Assembly (NCBI GenBank): GCA_041918175.1
Contig: JAYRWE010000039.1
Location: forward strand, 50,547-114,546
Length of the DNA: 64,000 bases
Reading direction: 5' to 3'
Origin: a bacterium
GTDB taxonomy: Bacteria > Zhuqueibacterota > Zhuqueibacteria > Zhuqueibacterales > Zhuqueibacteraceae
Of this stretch, positions 1 to 8,914 are shown in pieces. The translations under genes and the position numbers were made by a program. The notes under the pieces were generated by a model. It ran no database searches, had not been told where the DNA came from, and worked only from the letters and a program-made list of their open reading frames with translations. Within the stretch, counting starts at the first letter, position 1. The number at the start of each line of letters is the position of its first letter.

Positions 1-3000
1 GAGCGTGCCTTGCTTGGTGTAACGCGGATCGATGGGAAAATGAATGATGTTCCAATCTTTCGGAATATCGGGATTGGGCCGCATTTGAAACGCCACGAGC
101 GCATTGTTGTGCGCGAGGCGCAGCGCGAACACGTCCGCGGTTTCCGATTCAACGAGCGCCATGCCGACGTTATCCGGAAGGAAACGGCGGCCCAGCGCGG
201 GCTGCGTGGCTTCGCGTTCAAAGAAGCCGCGCAGCTCAAGGCTCGTGGCTTTGTTGACGGCCCAGCCGCTGCCCACGCTCGCTTCGTTCAGCCAATTCAA
301 CGCGAGTTCGAAATTCGCTTTGAGACCGCCGGTGACTTCGGCTTCGAGCACTTCAGTGAGCACGATCGGCGCGGTGGGGATCACGGGCGTGCTCGTGAAT
401 ACTTGCGCGCCGCCGCCGAATTGCGCCGAGAGTTCGGCTTGCATATCGAAGCCGCTGTCTTTCTCCGCGGAATATGTGAACGTGTTCTTTTGCGTGGCTT
501 GCAACTCGATGCGGCTCGCTTCATTGTAATCGTCAATGTCGCCGATGATGTCAACCGAACGCGTGGTGAGATTTTCGCTCGGCACCGGCGGCGCGCCTTC
601 GATGAAGCCTTTCAATTGCGGCGCGAATTGCACTTGCCCGATCCACTCGGTCACGAGATTGCCGACTTTGAAGCCGGTGACGAGATGCCATTGCCCGTTG
701 AGCACGAACGCATAACAACGTTTGAGCACACCGAGAAGATTGCCCTCGACATCGTATTGCAAATCGCCGTATTCTTGCACCGCGGGCCGGCCTTGCAGCA
801 AACCATGAAACGGCGTGCGAATACTCGCGAGCGCGCTGCGCACTTGCGGCGTGTCTTCGCCGATGGGCGCGGTGGAGAGCACGTAACTCGCGCTGCTCAC
901 GCGAAGATCATTGCCGCGCAGCGAGTGATCGGAAAGCTGGTTGTCCCTCTCCGCATCGAAGGTGTAATACGCGAGCAAATCTTCTTTCTCCCCGAGCAAA
1001 CGGCGGAAGAGATTGTCCTGCACCTGTTCCTGCGTGCGCGCGATTTTCCACACGCGCACTTCTTCCAGCTCGCCTTGAAAAAAATCCTGCTTCGGGTTAT
1101 TGCCCAACGCGCCGAGCGTGAATTGCGGCGCAACCGCAGCATTGAAATCCGTTGCTTTCTTATTGTCCTTTGGAACGCTTTCGCCGTTGCAATAGAGCCG
1201 CAATTGCGAAGCCTCCCATTCGGGATCTTTCATCCATTTCACATTGCCCTTGAAACGCGCGTGATTGCTGCTTTTGGAATCGAACGCCACGCCGCCTTCG
1301 TTCTCTTCAAAACGCCACCAGGAGACGAGGCCCTTCTCGAGGCCTTTGATATCCACGCCGAGATTTTCTTTATCACGCGCGACGTTCCAAATGCGGACTT
1401 CGCTGAGCACGCCTTTGAAACGCGCCTCGCGCAAGCCCGCGAGAAACGCGCGGCCAATCTCCAGCGGCGCATTGCTGCTGCCCACGTCCGCACCTTCGTA
1501 TTTGTGCGCGCCTTGCTCCACGAGCGCGCCGTTCGCGTTTCTGCTATAAAATTTGATGTCGTGCCACTTTTCCACTTTCACGCCGATGACGTTGCCCTGT
1601 TGATTCTTCTCTTCGGTGGTCACGACGTTGAGCTTGCGCGTCACCGCGATGCGATTGAAATAGCCGCCCTGCACCGCGTTCGCATTCGAAGCGAACTCAT
1701 GATTGCCGTGCTCCGAATCTTCAAATGCAAAAACGATTTTGCCGTTGTCATCAATGTGCAACGAATACGGCGCGTCTTGCTCCGTCCCGTCGTCGATGCG
1801 GCCTTTGGCAAGAATGCCGCAGGTGTCACTCGTGCGTTTTTCCAAAAACACTTCGATGGTCAAATCGTCGCTGAGGTCGAGCGTGGTATCGCTGCCGCAA
1901 TCGAGATACGTGTCGCCGCCGTCAAGCTCCACCGCATAGGATTGATTGTACGCCGCGGCGAGGTGCGTCCAACTGCCGCCCGCGAACACATTCTTGGTTT
2001 GCGCGAAACGTTCGCCCACGCCCGCGAAGACTTTATATGCCGGCAGCGGTGATTCAACCTGCGCGGGATTGCCGTTGCGCTCGCCGTGATTTTGATAGCG
2101 CGAATAATCTTGCGCGCTGCGATTTTCAAAATGCCAATAGCCCACAAGATCGGTTTCGTTGCCGCCGAGTTGGCGCAACATGTCCGCGTCAATCTCAGCC
2201 TCGGTGCGGCCGCGTTTCCAAATGCGCACGTCGTCAATCGCGCCTTTGAATAAACGTACCTGTTCGCCGCCGCGCGCGCCGATGGCCCAATTCGCCTCGA
2301 CCGTGAGCGCGCCCGTTGTTTCAACGCGCGAGTTTTCCAGCTTGCCGTTGCGATAAATTTTCCACGCGCTGCCGTCATACACGCCCGCGAGATGAATCCA
2401 ATTCGCGCCGGTCTTGTCCTCCGCGGGAATCGGCATCGTCACTTTGTGATCGGAGCCGTTCCACGAGCCGACTTGATATTGGTCATTGAAGATGCGCAAA
2501 AAAACTTCGGAGGAAGTGAAGCCGTGCGCCACGATGTTGCGAATACCGTCGAACGCTTCGGGCTTGATCCACGCTTCCATCGTGATCTCGCCGCTGAAAT
2601 TCAACTGCGGTCGATTCGGAATTTGAATGTGATCGTTCGTTCCGTCGAACTTGAGCGCGGAGCGCAACGGCTGGCGTTTGAGGCCGAGGGTATATTGTGA
2701 AGTAGCGGATTTGTGTTGCAGCACGCGCGCTTGGTTTTGCATCTCGCGCGGTCGCACCCACGCTTCGAGCGTCACGTCGCCCGGCGCGGCAAACTTTTTT
2801 AAATTCTCCGCGCTGGTATCGATCAGAGAGGCATAATGCGTTTGACCATCGAAGCTCAACGTATGACCCGGCGAGGCCGCGGTCCATTGGCTCGCCAACG
2901 TGTTGCCGCTCTTGCTTTCTTGCTCAATTTGAATACGGCCCTCGGCGCGCAACGCCACCGCACGCACAAGCAACGAGCCGGAGCTGAGATCGCCCGGCAC

Positions 3001-6000
3001 TTTCGTGCTGTTTGCCAAACCGGCATAATCATATTCGATGAAAAATACCGGCAACTCAACACTTGGCGCGCTCGTGGCCGCGCTTTCGACATTGAGGCTC
3101 AATGCGCCGCGCTCGGCGCTCGTTTTCACGCGCAAACGAATCTTGTCGAACAACAACGTTGTGCCTTCTGCCAACGCACGGCGCACGCCGGAAGCGAAAT
3201 GAAGTTTTTCGATTCGGCCTTGCACAAGCTCAACCGTTGCGGAGCCGATGTACGCGCGCTCGCCGGCCAGGCCGCTCAACACGCGGCTGAATTTTTCCGA
3301 TGCGCGCGGCACATTACGCCACGTTTCGGTGAGGACTTGCTGCGGATCGCTATTCGGTCGCGTGATGATCACCGTGCAGAGTGATTCGTCTTCGGCGTGC
3401 GCATTTACTTGAATCGCGAGCCGATCCATTTCCGCCTCGGTCGTGCGCGCAAGGCAACGCACGCTGGGATTGCCGTTCTCATCGAGCAATTGATACTGCG
3501 CGCGCTGCGTGAACGTGTTGTAGTAGCACGTGAAGAATTGATCATCCGCGCCGCGAAAATACAGCGCGAGCTTGCCGCCCGAGCTTTCGAACAACAGCGG
3601 CGCGTCATTCGTCCACGCGAAGCCGAGCACGCCGCCGGTGAGGCTCAAACCAAACGCGTCGGTTTGCACGAGCGGCATGGCCACGCTCACGCCCTCGTCG
3701 AGCAGCACGCGATGTTGTTGCAGATCCGTGCGTTTGTCGCACGCTTCTTTCTCTTTGTCACTGCGTTCCAACTCCTTCGCGCGCCGCACCGTTTGATACT
3801 TGCCGCGTTCGCCGTTCAATGCCGCGAATGCCGCATCGCGTTCGTTCTGCGCTGTGAGGCGCGCCTGTCTCGCCGCCGCAATTTTAGCGGAGAAACTCGG
3901 GTTCTCTGAAATATCCATGCTCGAAATGCGGTCGTTCCAACTGTCGCCGACGTAGCTCGTGCTGTCAGAAAAAGTCGCGGAGCTGCCGCCGCGATTCGCA
4001 TGCTGATAGACTTTCACTTGCAACGAATCAGGAATGGAAATGGAAGAAATGCGGTCATTGAAGCCATGCTGATTCAATTGCGTGTAGCCGACGAAACCTT
4101 TGCCATACGAAAGCGAGCGGCCGCGATAGCTGCTGTGCTCGTACAACGTGATGCGCGCATGCAGCGGCTCGTTGATCAGCGCTTGTTCCGTCGCGCGTTT
4201 GCGGCTCAAGTTCGCACGCGTGTCTTGCAGTGTTTGAATTTTAATTTTGAGATCTTCATAACCGCTCGCGGGCAGCGTGCGCGAGGGGTTGCGCTCTTGC
4301 AAAGCCGCGAGAATGACTTCATCGACGCCATTCAACACCGCGATATCGTCCGTCAAATTGATCACGTCTTGATCGAGCGTCGTGATGCTCTGCTCCAAAT
4401 CGCTCATGCGTTGCAAGCGTTCGTTCACGCTCAAGCCGTCGCGGCTTTCTGCGTTGATCACGGCGAGCGGCAACACATCCGGCGCTTGCGCGAGCTTGCC
4501 TGTTGCGCTCACGCCGAAATCCAACGCCGCGATTTCATTGTGCGCGCCGTTCGAAGTTTTCGTCGCAACCGCGAGCATGACGCGGCCGCTTTGTTTGAGC
4601 GGCTTGGCCTGCGCCGAGCTTGCATTGGTCTCTTGATGAAAATAGAGCAACGAAGTGAGACCCGATTCAAAGCTGCGGTCCGCCACGCGAAAACTGCTGC
4701 GCTGCAAGCCCGAGTTTTCGCCCACCGGCGCCGTGGAAGTGATCCACTCGCCGCCATGTCGCGTGGCGTTGTTCGCGTTGTCGGTTTGATCAAAAACCGT
4801 GTCGCCCGAGGCTTCATCAAAACGCCAATAACCCGCGAGACCGATTTCGAGTCCCGTGAGGCGAAGATTCATATCGACTTTGAGCTCATCATCGAAGCGC
4901 GGCCGATTCCACAAACGAATCTCATCAATCGTACCGAGGAAAGAGTTGTTCGAAACATTCGAGCCGAAGAACGCAATCGCCGCATCAATCGGTTGCTTGC
5001 CTTCCAATGGTTCGCGGCCGTCTTGCTTTTCGCCGTTCACATAAACGTCAACCTCGCTCGCGCGATGCCGCTCTTCGCCGTTGATGAACACGCGATAAAA
5101 TTTTCCATCGAACGAAACCGCAAGATGATTCCAATCATGAAGCGCGAGCAACGGCCCGGTGGTGAACTCATACCACTTCGCGCCGTCGCCAAATCCCGCA
5201 CGAATGCTTTTGTTTTGAATCCACACCGAAGACGCAGCGTTCGCGGTGTTTGAGCTGTTGATCAAGCCGCGCGGCGTGTTGTCGTTTGCGGTGGGATAAA
5301 GCCAAGCTTCTTGCGTGAAGACTGCGCCGAGTTTGACGCCGGAAGCGAGCGAAAGATAATCATTGCCCGTTTCAAATTTCATCGCCGATTCGGCGCGACT
5401 GTTCGATTCCGGCGCTTGCGAGCCGCGCGTGTTGAACAAACCATCGTTGGAACGCTCGACATTATATGAATCAATCGCGCCGGTTTTGTTATTATGCGCA
5501 AAGATTTGCCAACGCTGCACACCTGCAATCTGTGTTGGCACCAGCAACGCCGTGAAACGGCCAGCCGTCAACCCGCGCACAAAACGCAACTCCTGTGTCG
5601 GCTCAAAGAAATTGTTGTCGTTCATATCCTTCGCGCCGAGGCTATCCTTGCGGCTCTGCGGACGAGTTTTGCTACGGCTGCGTTGAAAACGCACTTCCAT
5701 TTTCGTCTTCAACTCCGTGCCCGAAAGCACGAAGCGATCCACGAGCAGCGTGGAGTCCACCACCTTCACGGGATTGCCGTCTTTGTCTTTGACAACGTTG
5801 CCCTCAGCATCGAGCTTCACGACGTTGTTCGCATCGTTCGCTTCCACCGCTTGCCGGAAAATGAAAACATGCCTTCCATCCGACAGCGCTTGAAATGGCG
5901 CATCCGCGGAGAGCCGCGCAGTGGTGGAGAGAAAAAAATCTTTCTCGTCGTCGCGCACAATCGTTCCGAACGGCTCGGCCTTCGTTCCGCCTTTCTTCAC

Positions 6001-6258
6001 CACCGGCAACATGGTTTGATCCGCCACGCCGATGCCCACCTCCGCAATCTCATTGGGAAACCGCAGCTCGCGCGGATTCTCCAACCAATAATTCACGTCG
6101 AGCGGACTTTTGATTTCGGTGTTCTTCAAATCCAACACCGAATAAAAAATCCGCCGAGCATCATCGAGCGCGAGCGCGATCACCACGCCCTTGTGCCGAA
6201 CGAGGGTAACGTGTTTGTAGTTGCGCGTGCCGTAGGTTTTGATGAAGGTGTTAAGCAT
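1..6258 (-). CDS. Giant LamG/concanavalin-like repeat protein with a beta/gamma-crystallin domain (first 2,086 codons; stop lies left of the window)
   Basis: Not in the ORF track because no stop is reached inside the window. Manual translation of the minus frame from ATG 6258-6256 (AAGGA 8 nt upstream; in-frame TAG 6324-6322 closes the frame upstream) gives MLNTFIKTYGTRNYKHVTLVRHKG... It stays protein-like to position 1 (...DWNIIHFPIDPRYTKQGTL). LamG-type signatures: WNHLAVSFDGKFYRVFINGE / GTIDEIRLWNRPR; WIHLAGVYDGSAWKIYRNGK / GAIDDVRIWKRGRTEAEI; GVLSEVRIWNVARD; GELEEVRVWKIARTQEQV. The six long + ORFs at 10..6294 all lie in the exactly antisense frame. Confidence 0.85.
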   Translation of the reverse strand, partial: MLNTFIKTYGTRNYKHVTLVRHKGVVIALALDDARRIFYSVLDLKNTEIKSPLDVNYWLENPRELRFPNEIAEVGIGVADQTMLPVVKKGGTKAEPFGTIVRDDEKDFFLSTTARLSADAPFQALSDGRHVFIFRQAVEANDANNVVKLDAEGNVVKDKDGNPVKVVDSTLLVDRFVLSGTELKTKMEVRFQRSRSKTRPQSRKDSLGAKDMNDNNFFEPTQELRFVRGLTAGRFTALLVPTQIAGVQRWQIFAHNNKTGAIDSYNVERSNDGLFNTRGSQAPESNSRAESAMKFETGNDYLSLASGVKLGAVFTQEAWLYPTANDNTPRGLINSSNTANAASSVWIQNKSIRAGFGDGAKWYEFTTGPLLALHDWNHLAVSFDGKFYRVFINGEERHRASEVDVYVNGEKQDGREPLEGKQPIDAAIAFFGSNVSNNSFLGTIDEIRLWNRPRFDDELKVDMNLRLTGLEIGLAGYWRFDEASGDTVFDQTDNANNATRHGGEWITSTAPVGENSGLQRSSFRVADRSFESGLTSLLYFHQETNASSAQAKPLKQSGRVMLAVATKTSNGAHNEIAALDFGVSATGKLAQAPDVLPLAVINAESRDGLSVNERLQRMSDLEQSITTLDQDVINLTDDIAVLNGVDEVILAALQERNPSRTLPASGYEDLKIKIQTLQDTRANLSRKRATEQALINEPLHARITLYEHSSYRGRSLSYGKGFVGYTQLNQHGFNDRISSISIPDSLQVKVYQHANRGGSSATFSDSTSYVGDSWNDRISSMDISENPSFSAKIAAARQARLTAQNERDAAFAALNGERGKYQTVRRAKELERSDKEKEACDKRTDLQQHRVLLDEGVSVAMPLVQTDAFGLSLTGGVLGFAWTNDAPLLFESSGGKLALYFRGADDQFFTCYYNTFTQRAQYQLLDENGNPSVRCLARTTEAEMDRLAIQVNAHAEDESLCTVIITRPNSDPQQVLTETWRNVPRASEKFSRVLSGLAGERAYIGSATVELVQGRIEKLHFASGVRRALAEGTTLLFDKIRLRVKTSAERGALSLNVESAATSAPSVELPVFFIEYDYAGLANSTKVPGDLSSGSLLVRAVALRAEGRIQIEQESKSGNTLASQWTAASPGHTLSFDGQTHYASLIDTSAENLKKFAAPGDVTLEAWVRPREMQNQARVLQHKSATSQYTLGLKRQPLRSALKFDGTNDHIQIPNRPQLNFSGEITMEAWIKPEAFDGIRNIVAHGFTSSEVFLRIFNDQYQVGSWNGSDHKVTMPIPAEDKTGANWIHLAGVYDGSAWKIYRNGKLENSRVETTGALTVEANWAIGARGGEQVRLFKGAIDDVRIWKRGRTEAEIDADMLRQLGGNETDLVGYWHFENRSAQDYSRYQNHGERNGNPAQVESPLPAYKVFAGVGERFAQTKNVFAGGSWTHLAAAYNQSYAVELDGGDTYLDCGSDTTLDLSDDLTIEVFLEKRTSDTCGILAKGRIDDGTEQDAPYSLHIDDNGKIVFAFEDSEHGNHEFASNANAVQGGYFNRIAVTRKLNVVTTEEKNQQGNVIGVKVEKWHDIKFYSRNANGALVEQGAHKYEGADVGSSNAPLEIGRAFLAGLREARFKGVLSEVRIWNVARDKENLGVDIKGLEKGLVSWWRFEENEGGVAFDSKSSNHARFKGNVKWMKDPEWEASQLRLYCNGESVPKDNKKATDFNAAVAPQFTLGALGNNPKQDFFQGELEEVRVWKIARTQEQVQDNLFRRLLGEKEDLLAYYTFDAERDNQLSDHSLRGNDLRVSSASYVLSTAPIGEDTPQVRSALASIRTPFHGLLQGRPAVQEYGDLQYDVEGNLLGVLKRCYAFVLNGQWHLVTGFKVGNLVTEWIGQVQFAPQLKGFIEGAPPVPSENLTTRSVDIIGDIDDYNEASRIELQATQKNTFTYSAEKDSGFDMQAELSAQFGGGAQVFTSTPVIPTAPIVLTEVLEAEVTGGLKANFELALNWLNEASVGSGWAVNKATSLELRGFFEREATQPALGRRFLPDNVGMALVESETADVFALRLAHNNALVAFQMRPNPDIPKDWNIIHFPIDPRYTKQGTL

Positions 6259-6373
6259 GGCGGGAATCCTTTCGAATGTTTTATCCTGCGATGATGCGAG
6301 TGCAACGGCTTTGAGAGACTGCTACAGAGAATGCTGGCGATGTTTCGCTTGCCGAATGGAGAGGCGTGCGGGG

Positions 6374-6577
6374 TTATGGCGCGAGAGTTTTGGACTCCTT
6401 CTCAAAAAACTCGCGCACTTTTTTCCAATTCACGTTTTGGATCATGTTCGGCATCGGCTCGACCTCGGCGTCGCCAAAATAAGTCAGGCTCGTTTTGACA
6501 TGATCCATACTCAAGCCGGTGTTCGCGTAACGCTTTTTGAAATCCTCCCAAATAAGAGGCAGCGAGCGGGATTGCGC
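6374..6577 (-). pseudogene. Start-less C-terminal remnant resembling the tail of an AbiEii/DUF1814-type nucleotidyltransferase toxin
   Basis: Reading on in the same frame after the TAG (6580-6578) of the upstream ORF gives AQSRSLPLIWEDFKKRYANTGLSMDHVKTSLTYFGDAEVEPMPNMIQNVNWKKVREFFEKESKTLAP*. This is protein-like and has the ...YFxDAE...W..V motif I associate with AbiEii C-termini. There is no plausible start and the piece is far too short for a full toxin. Confidence 0.3.
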
Positions 6578-6907
6578 CTAATAATTCCAAGTCGGATTTT
6601 TGCTCCGGAGTAAGGATATCTGTTCGCATTCTTCCGGCTTCAGTTTGAGAATCGTTTGCCACTGCTCCATGGTGCGGTTGCTCAGGCTGCGTAAATAGGT
6701 CGAAAGCAAAAGCTCTTTAATCGTTTGATCGCCATACATCTCGCGGGCACGTTGGACGGCTTGGGAATCGCCATACTCTAAAACACGCCCCAGCACGTAA
6801 AAAGCGTGTTTCTTGAGATTGACCTTCTCGGGCTTTACTTCCCAGAAGTACTTGTGCCACTCTTGTGGAATCTTTGCCATATTTCGCTCGGAGTATGTTG
6901 TGTTCAA
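6578..6907 (-). CDS. Small DUF6922-like protein (the partner type usually found upstream of AbiEii-like toxins)
   Basis: 109-aa ORF with FWEVKPEKVNLKKHAFYVLGRVLEYGDSQAV...TWNY*. The pattern FWxVxxEKLDxxKH...ERVLEYGD and a W-x-Y C-terminus are recalled from that family. Confidence 0.5.
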   Translation of the reverse strand: MNTTYSERNMAKIPQEWHKYFWEVKPEKVNLKKHAFYVLGRVLEYGDSQAVQRAREMYGDQTIKELLLSTYLRSLSNRTMEQWQTILKLKPEECEQISLLRSKNPTWNY

Positions 6908-6913
6908 AAAAGC

Positions 6914-7384
6914 TCAAAGCTTTTTGTTGATGAAAAGCTCGAGACTCTTGTTCGCTTCTCTTCTGATCTTCGCTTGCACCGAAGGCAGCCAGCCGAATAA
7001 CACGCCTTTCACGCCCAACGCCATGCGCGCCCACCGCCAGAGATCGAAAGTGTCTTCGTGTTTGATGATTTTGCCATTCTTGAATTGAAACGACGCATCA
7101 ATTTTGTTGTGAACTCTTCGTCCGGTTTGCGAGAAAGTGTAGCTCGCCTCCCAATGCGCTGCGCCCGTGCGCTCGTCCGCGCGAATGTTGCTCACCGTGA
7201 TTTCCAAATCCTTGCCGCGCTCACACAGCATCCGCCACATGGCTTTCGCGCGGCTACCTTGCAAGCGCGTGAACACCGCGTCGGAAAATTCCATCTCGTC
7301 ATGATAACACGCGGCCATGCCCTCCGCGTCGCGGTGTTGAAAGCAGGCGTAGAATTTTTGGATGAGCTGCTCGTTGGGTGTCAT
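6914..7384 (-). CDS. SnoaL-like / NTF2-fold protein
   Basis: 156 aa. The N-terminus NEQLIQKFYACFQHRDAEGMAACYHDEMEFSDAVF is typical of SnoaL/ketosteroid-isomerase-like proteins. Confidence 0.7.
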   Translation of the reverse strand: MTPNEQLIQKFYACFQHRDAEGMAACYHDEMEFSDAVFTRLQGSRAKAMWRMLCERGKDLEITVSNIRADERTGAAHWEASYTFSQTGRRVHNKIDASFQFKNGKIIKHEDTFDLWRWARMALGVKGVLFGWLPSVQAKIRREANKSLELFINKKL

Positions 7385-7438
7385 GTTTTATTCAATAGGA
7401 GTGAGGAGGTGAGTTATGCGAATTGAAGAACCAAGCTT

Positions 7439-7500
7439 AGAATAAAATTCTGAAAGCTCTTTTGACTACACACGGATCAAGAGCGCACGCGGAAAAAAAA
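7439..7500. repeat. Family F ~60-nt conserved element, copy 1
   Basis: agaataaaattctgaaagctcttttgactacacacggatcaagagcgcacgcggaaaa lies 55 nt upstream of the SnoaL-like start (minus strand). Confidence 0.75.
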
Positions 7501-7570
7501 ATCAGCTTGTGTTAGTAATCCGTGTGCCCTGGCCGCAGGGTTTCGGTTTTCAGCGTATCTTAAAATTCGA

Positions 7571-8752
7571 TCAGACTTTTTCTAACAGCAATGCGAGGCC
7601 CATGCCGCCGCTAATGCACAGCGTCGCGAGGCCGTAGCGTGATTTGCGCTTGAGCATTTCATGCACAAGCGTGACGGTAATGCGCGCACCAGTTGCGCCG
7701 ATGGGATGCCCGAGCGCAATGGCTCCGCCGTTCACATTCACGCGCGCCATGTCAAAGTGCAGCTCGCGATCACACGCAATCACTTGCGCGGCGAACGCTT
7801 CGTTCAGCTCGATGAGATCAATGTCTTCGAGTTTGAGATTGTGCTTTGCAAGCAGCTTGCGCACCGCCGGGACCGGGCCAATGCCCATGATCGCAGGATC
7901 AACGCCCGCGGTTGCATAGCCAACGATGCGTGCGAGCACCGGAGAATTATTCTTTTTCACAAACTCCTCGCTGGCAATGACGAGCGCCGCCGCCGCATCC
8001 GTTAGCCCCGAAGAATTGCCCGCGTGCACGGTGCCGTCTTTTTTAAACACCGGAGGAAGCTTGGCAAAACTTTCGAGCGTTACGCCGTCGCGTGCGTGTT
8101 CATCGAGCGCGAACATTTTTTTCTCGCCTTTGCCCACAGCCACTTCCATCGGAATCATTTCCTCGGCAAAGCGATTCTCTTTGCGCGCGCGTTCGGCGCG
8201 ATGTTGCGTTTCCATCGCATAGCGGTCTTGCTCCTCGCGCGAGATGTTGTATTGCACCGCGAGCGTTTCCGCAGTCTCGCCCATGATTTGTCCGCAGAGC
8301 GGGCAGAGAAAGCCGTCTTGATACATGCCGTCCACCAGCTTCTCATGGCCGAGGCGATAACCCCAACGCGCTTTGGTGAGCAGATACGGCACGCGACTCA
8401 TGCTCTCCGCGCCGCCCACAAGCACAACTTCCGCATCGCCGCTTTTGATCGCTTGCGCCGCGCTGATGATTGTGCGCAGACTGGAGCCGCATGCTTTGTT
8501 GATCGTGAAAGCCGGAACTTCATGCGGCACGCCGGCGCGTTTCGCAATCTGCCGCGCGGGGTTTGGGCCGACGCCCGCAGGCCGCGCATTGCCCATGATG
8601 ACTTCGTCTAGTTGCGCGGCCTCGATTTTCGCGCGTTCAATTGCTGCTTTTGCTGCAACTGCGCCGATCTCCGGCGCGGTCATGTCCGCAAGCGTGCCAC
8701 CGAATTTGCCGATCGGCGTGCGCACGGCGGAGAGGAGGAAGAGGTCTGACAT
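7571..8752 (-). CDS. Acetyl-CoA C-acetyltransferase (thiolase II)
   Basis: 393 aa. Thiolase motifs INKACGSSLR (acyl-Cys), NVNGGAIALGHPIGATGAR and ATLCISGGMG. Confidence 0.95.
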   Translation of the reverse strand: MSDLFLLSAVRTPIGKFGGTLADMTAPEIGAVAAKAAIERAKIEAAQLDEVIMGNARPAGVGPNPARQIAKRAGVPHEVPAFTINKACGSSLRTIISAAQAIKSGDAEVVLVGGAESMSRVPYLLTKARWGYRLGHEKLVDGMYQDGFLCPLCGQIMGETAETLAVQYNISREEQDRYAMETQHRAERARKENRFAEEMIPMEVAVGKGEKKMFALDEHARDGVTLESFAKLPPVFKKDGTVHAGNSSGLTDAAAALVIASEEFVKKNNSPVLARIVGYATAGVDPAIMGIGPVPAVRKLLAKHNLKLEDIDLIELNEAFAAQVIACDRELHFDMARVNVNGGAIALGHPIGATGARITVTLVHEMLKRKSRYGLATLCISGGMGLALLLEKV

Positions 8753-8914
8753 AGTCGTTGATCAATCAATGAGGGTTCGCCGCAACAAAAAATGTTTGAC
8801 ATTCGAAAGTTAAAATCGTATCTCTCCTCGCCCGATCGAATCGCCGGACGCGGCGAAGTAGGCCGGGCCAATTTTGCATCTGGCCTCGAGAGACGTCTCG
8901 ATGCTTTTTTTATT

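Noticed and set aside
10-6294. Six long + strand ORFs (680, 102, 182, 170, 417 and 266 aa) covering the first 6.3 kb
   Set aside because: All are in the frame exactly antisense to the giant minus-strand gene. They are Arg/Ala/His/Phe-rich, carry no motifs and are punctuated by stops. The minus frame is unbroken and motif-rich.
6578-6580. In-frame TAG as programmed read-through or pyrrolysine
   Set aside because: The upstream ORF ends with what I take to be its family's natural C-terminus, and no pyl genes or read-through context are visible. Juxtaposition by deletion is the simpler explanation.
6402-6662. 86-aa minus ORF overlapping the AbiE-like remnant in another frame
   Set aside because: The alternative frame (the continuation after the TAG) is far more protein-like. 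This ORF is Arg-rich and overlaps the end of the DUF6922-like gene.
8885-8912. Short hairpin (cgaga-gacg-tctcg) plus T7 run reading as a + strand terminator
   Set aside because: There is no + strand gene upstream, the stem is only 5 bp, and on the minus strand (downstream of the PLP lyase) the T-run is on the wrong side.
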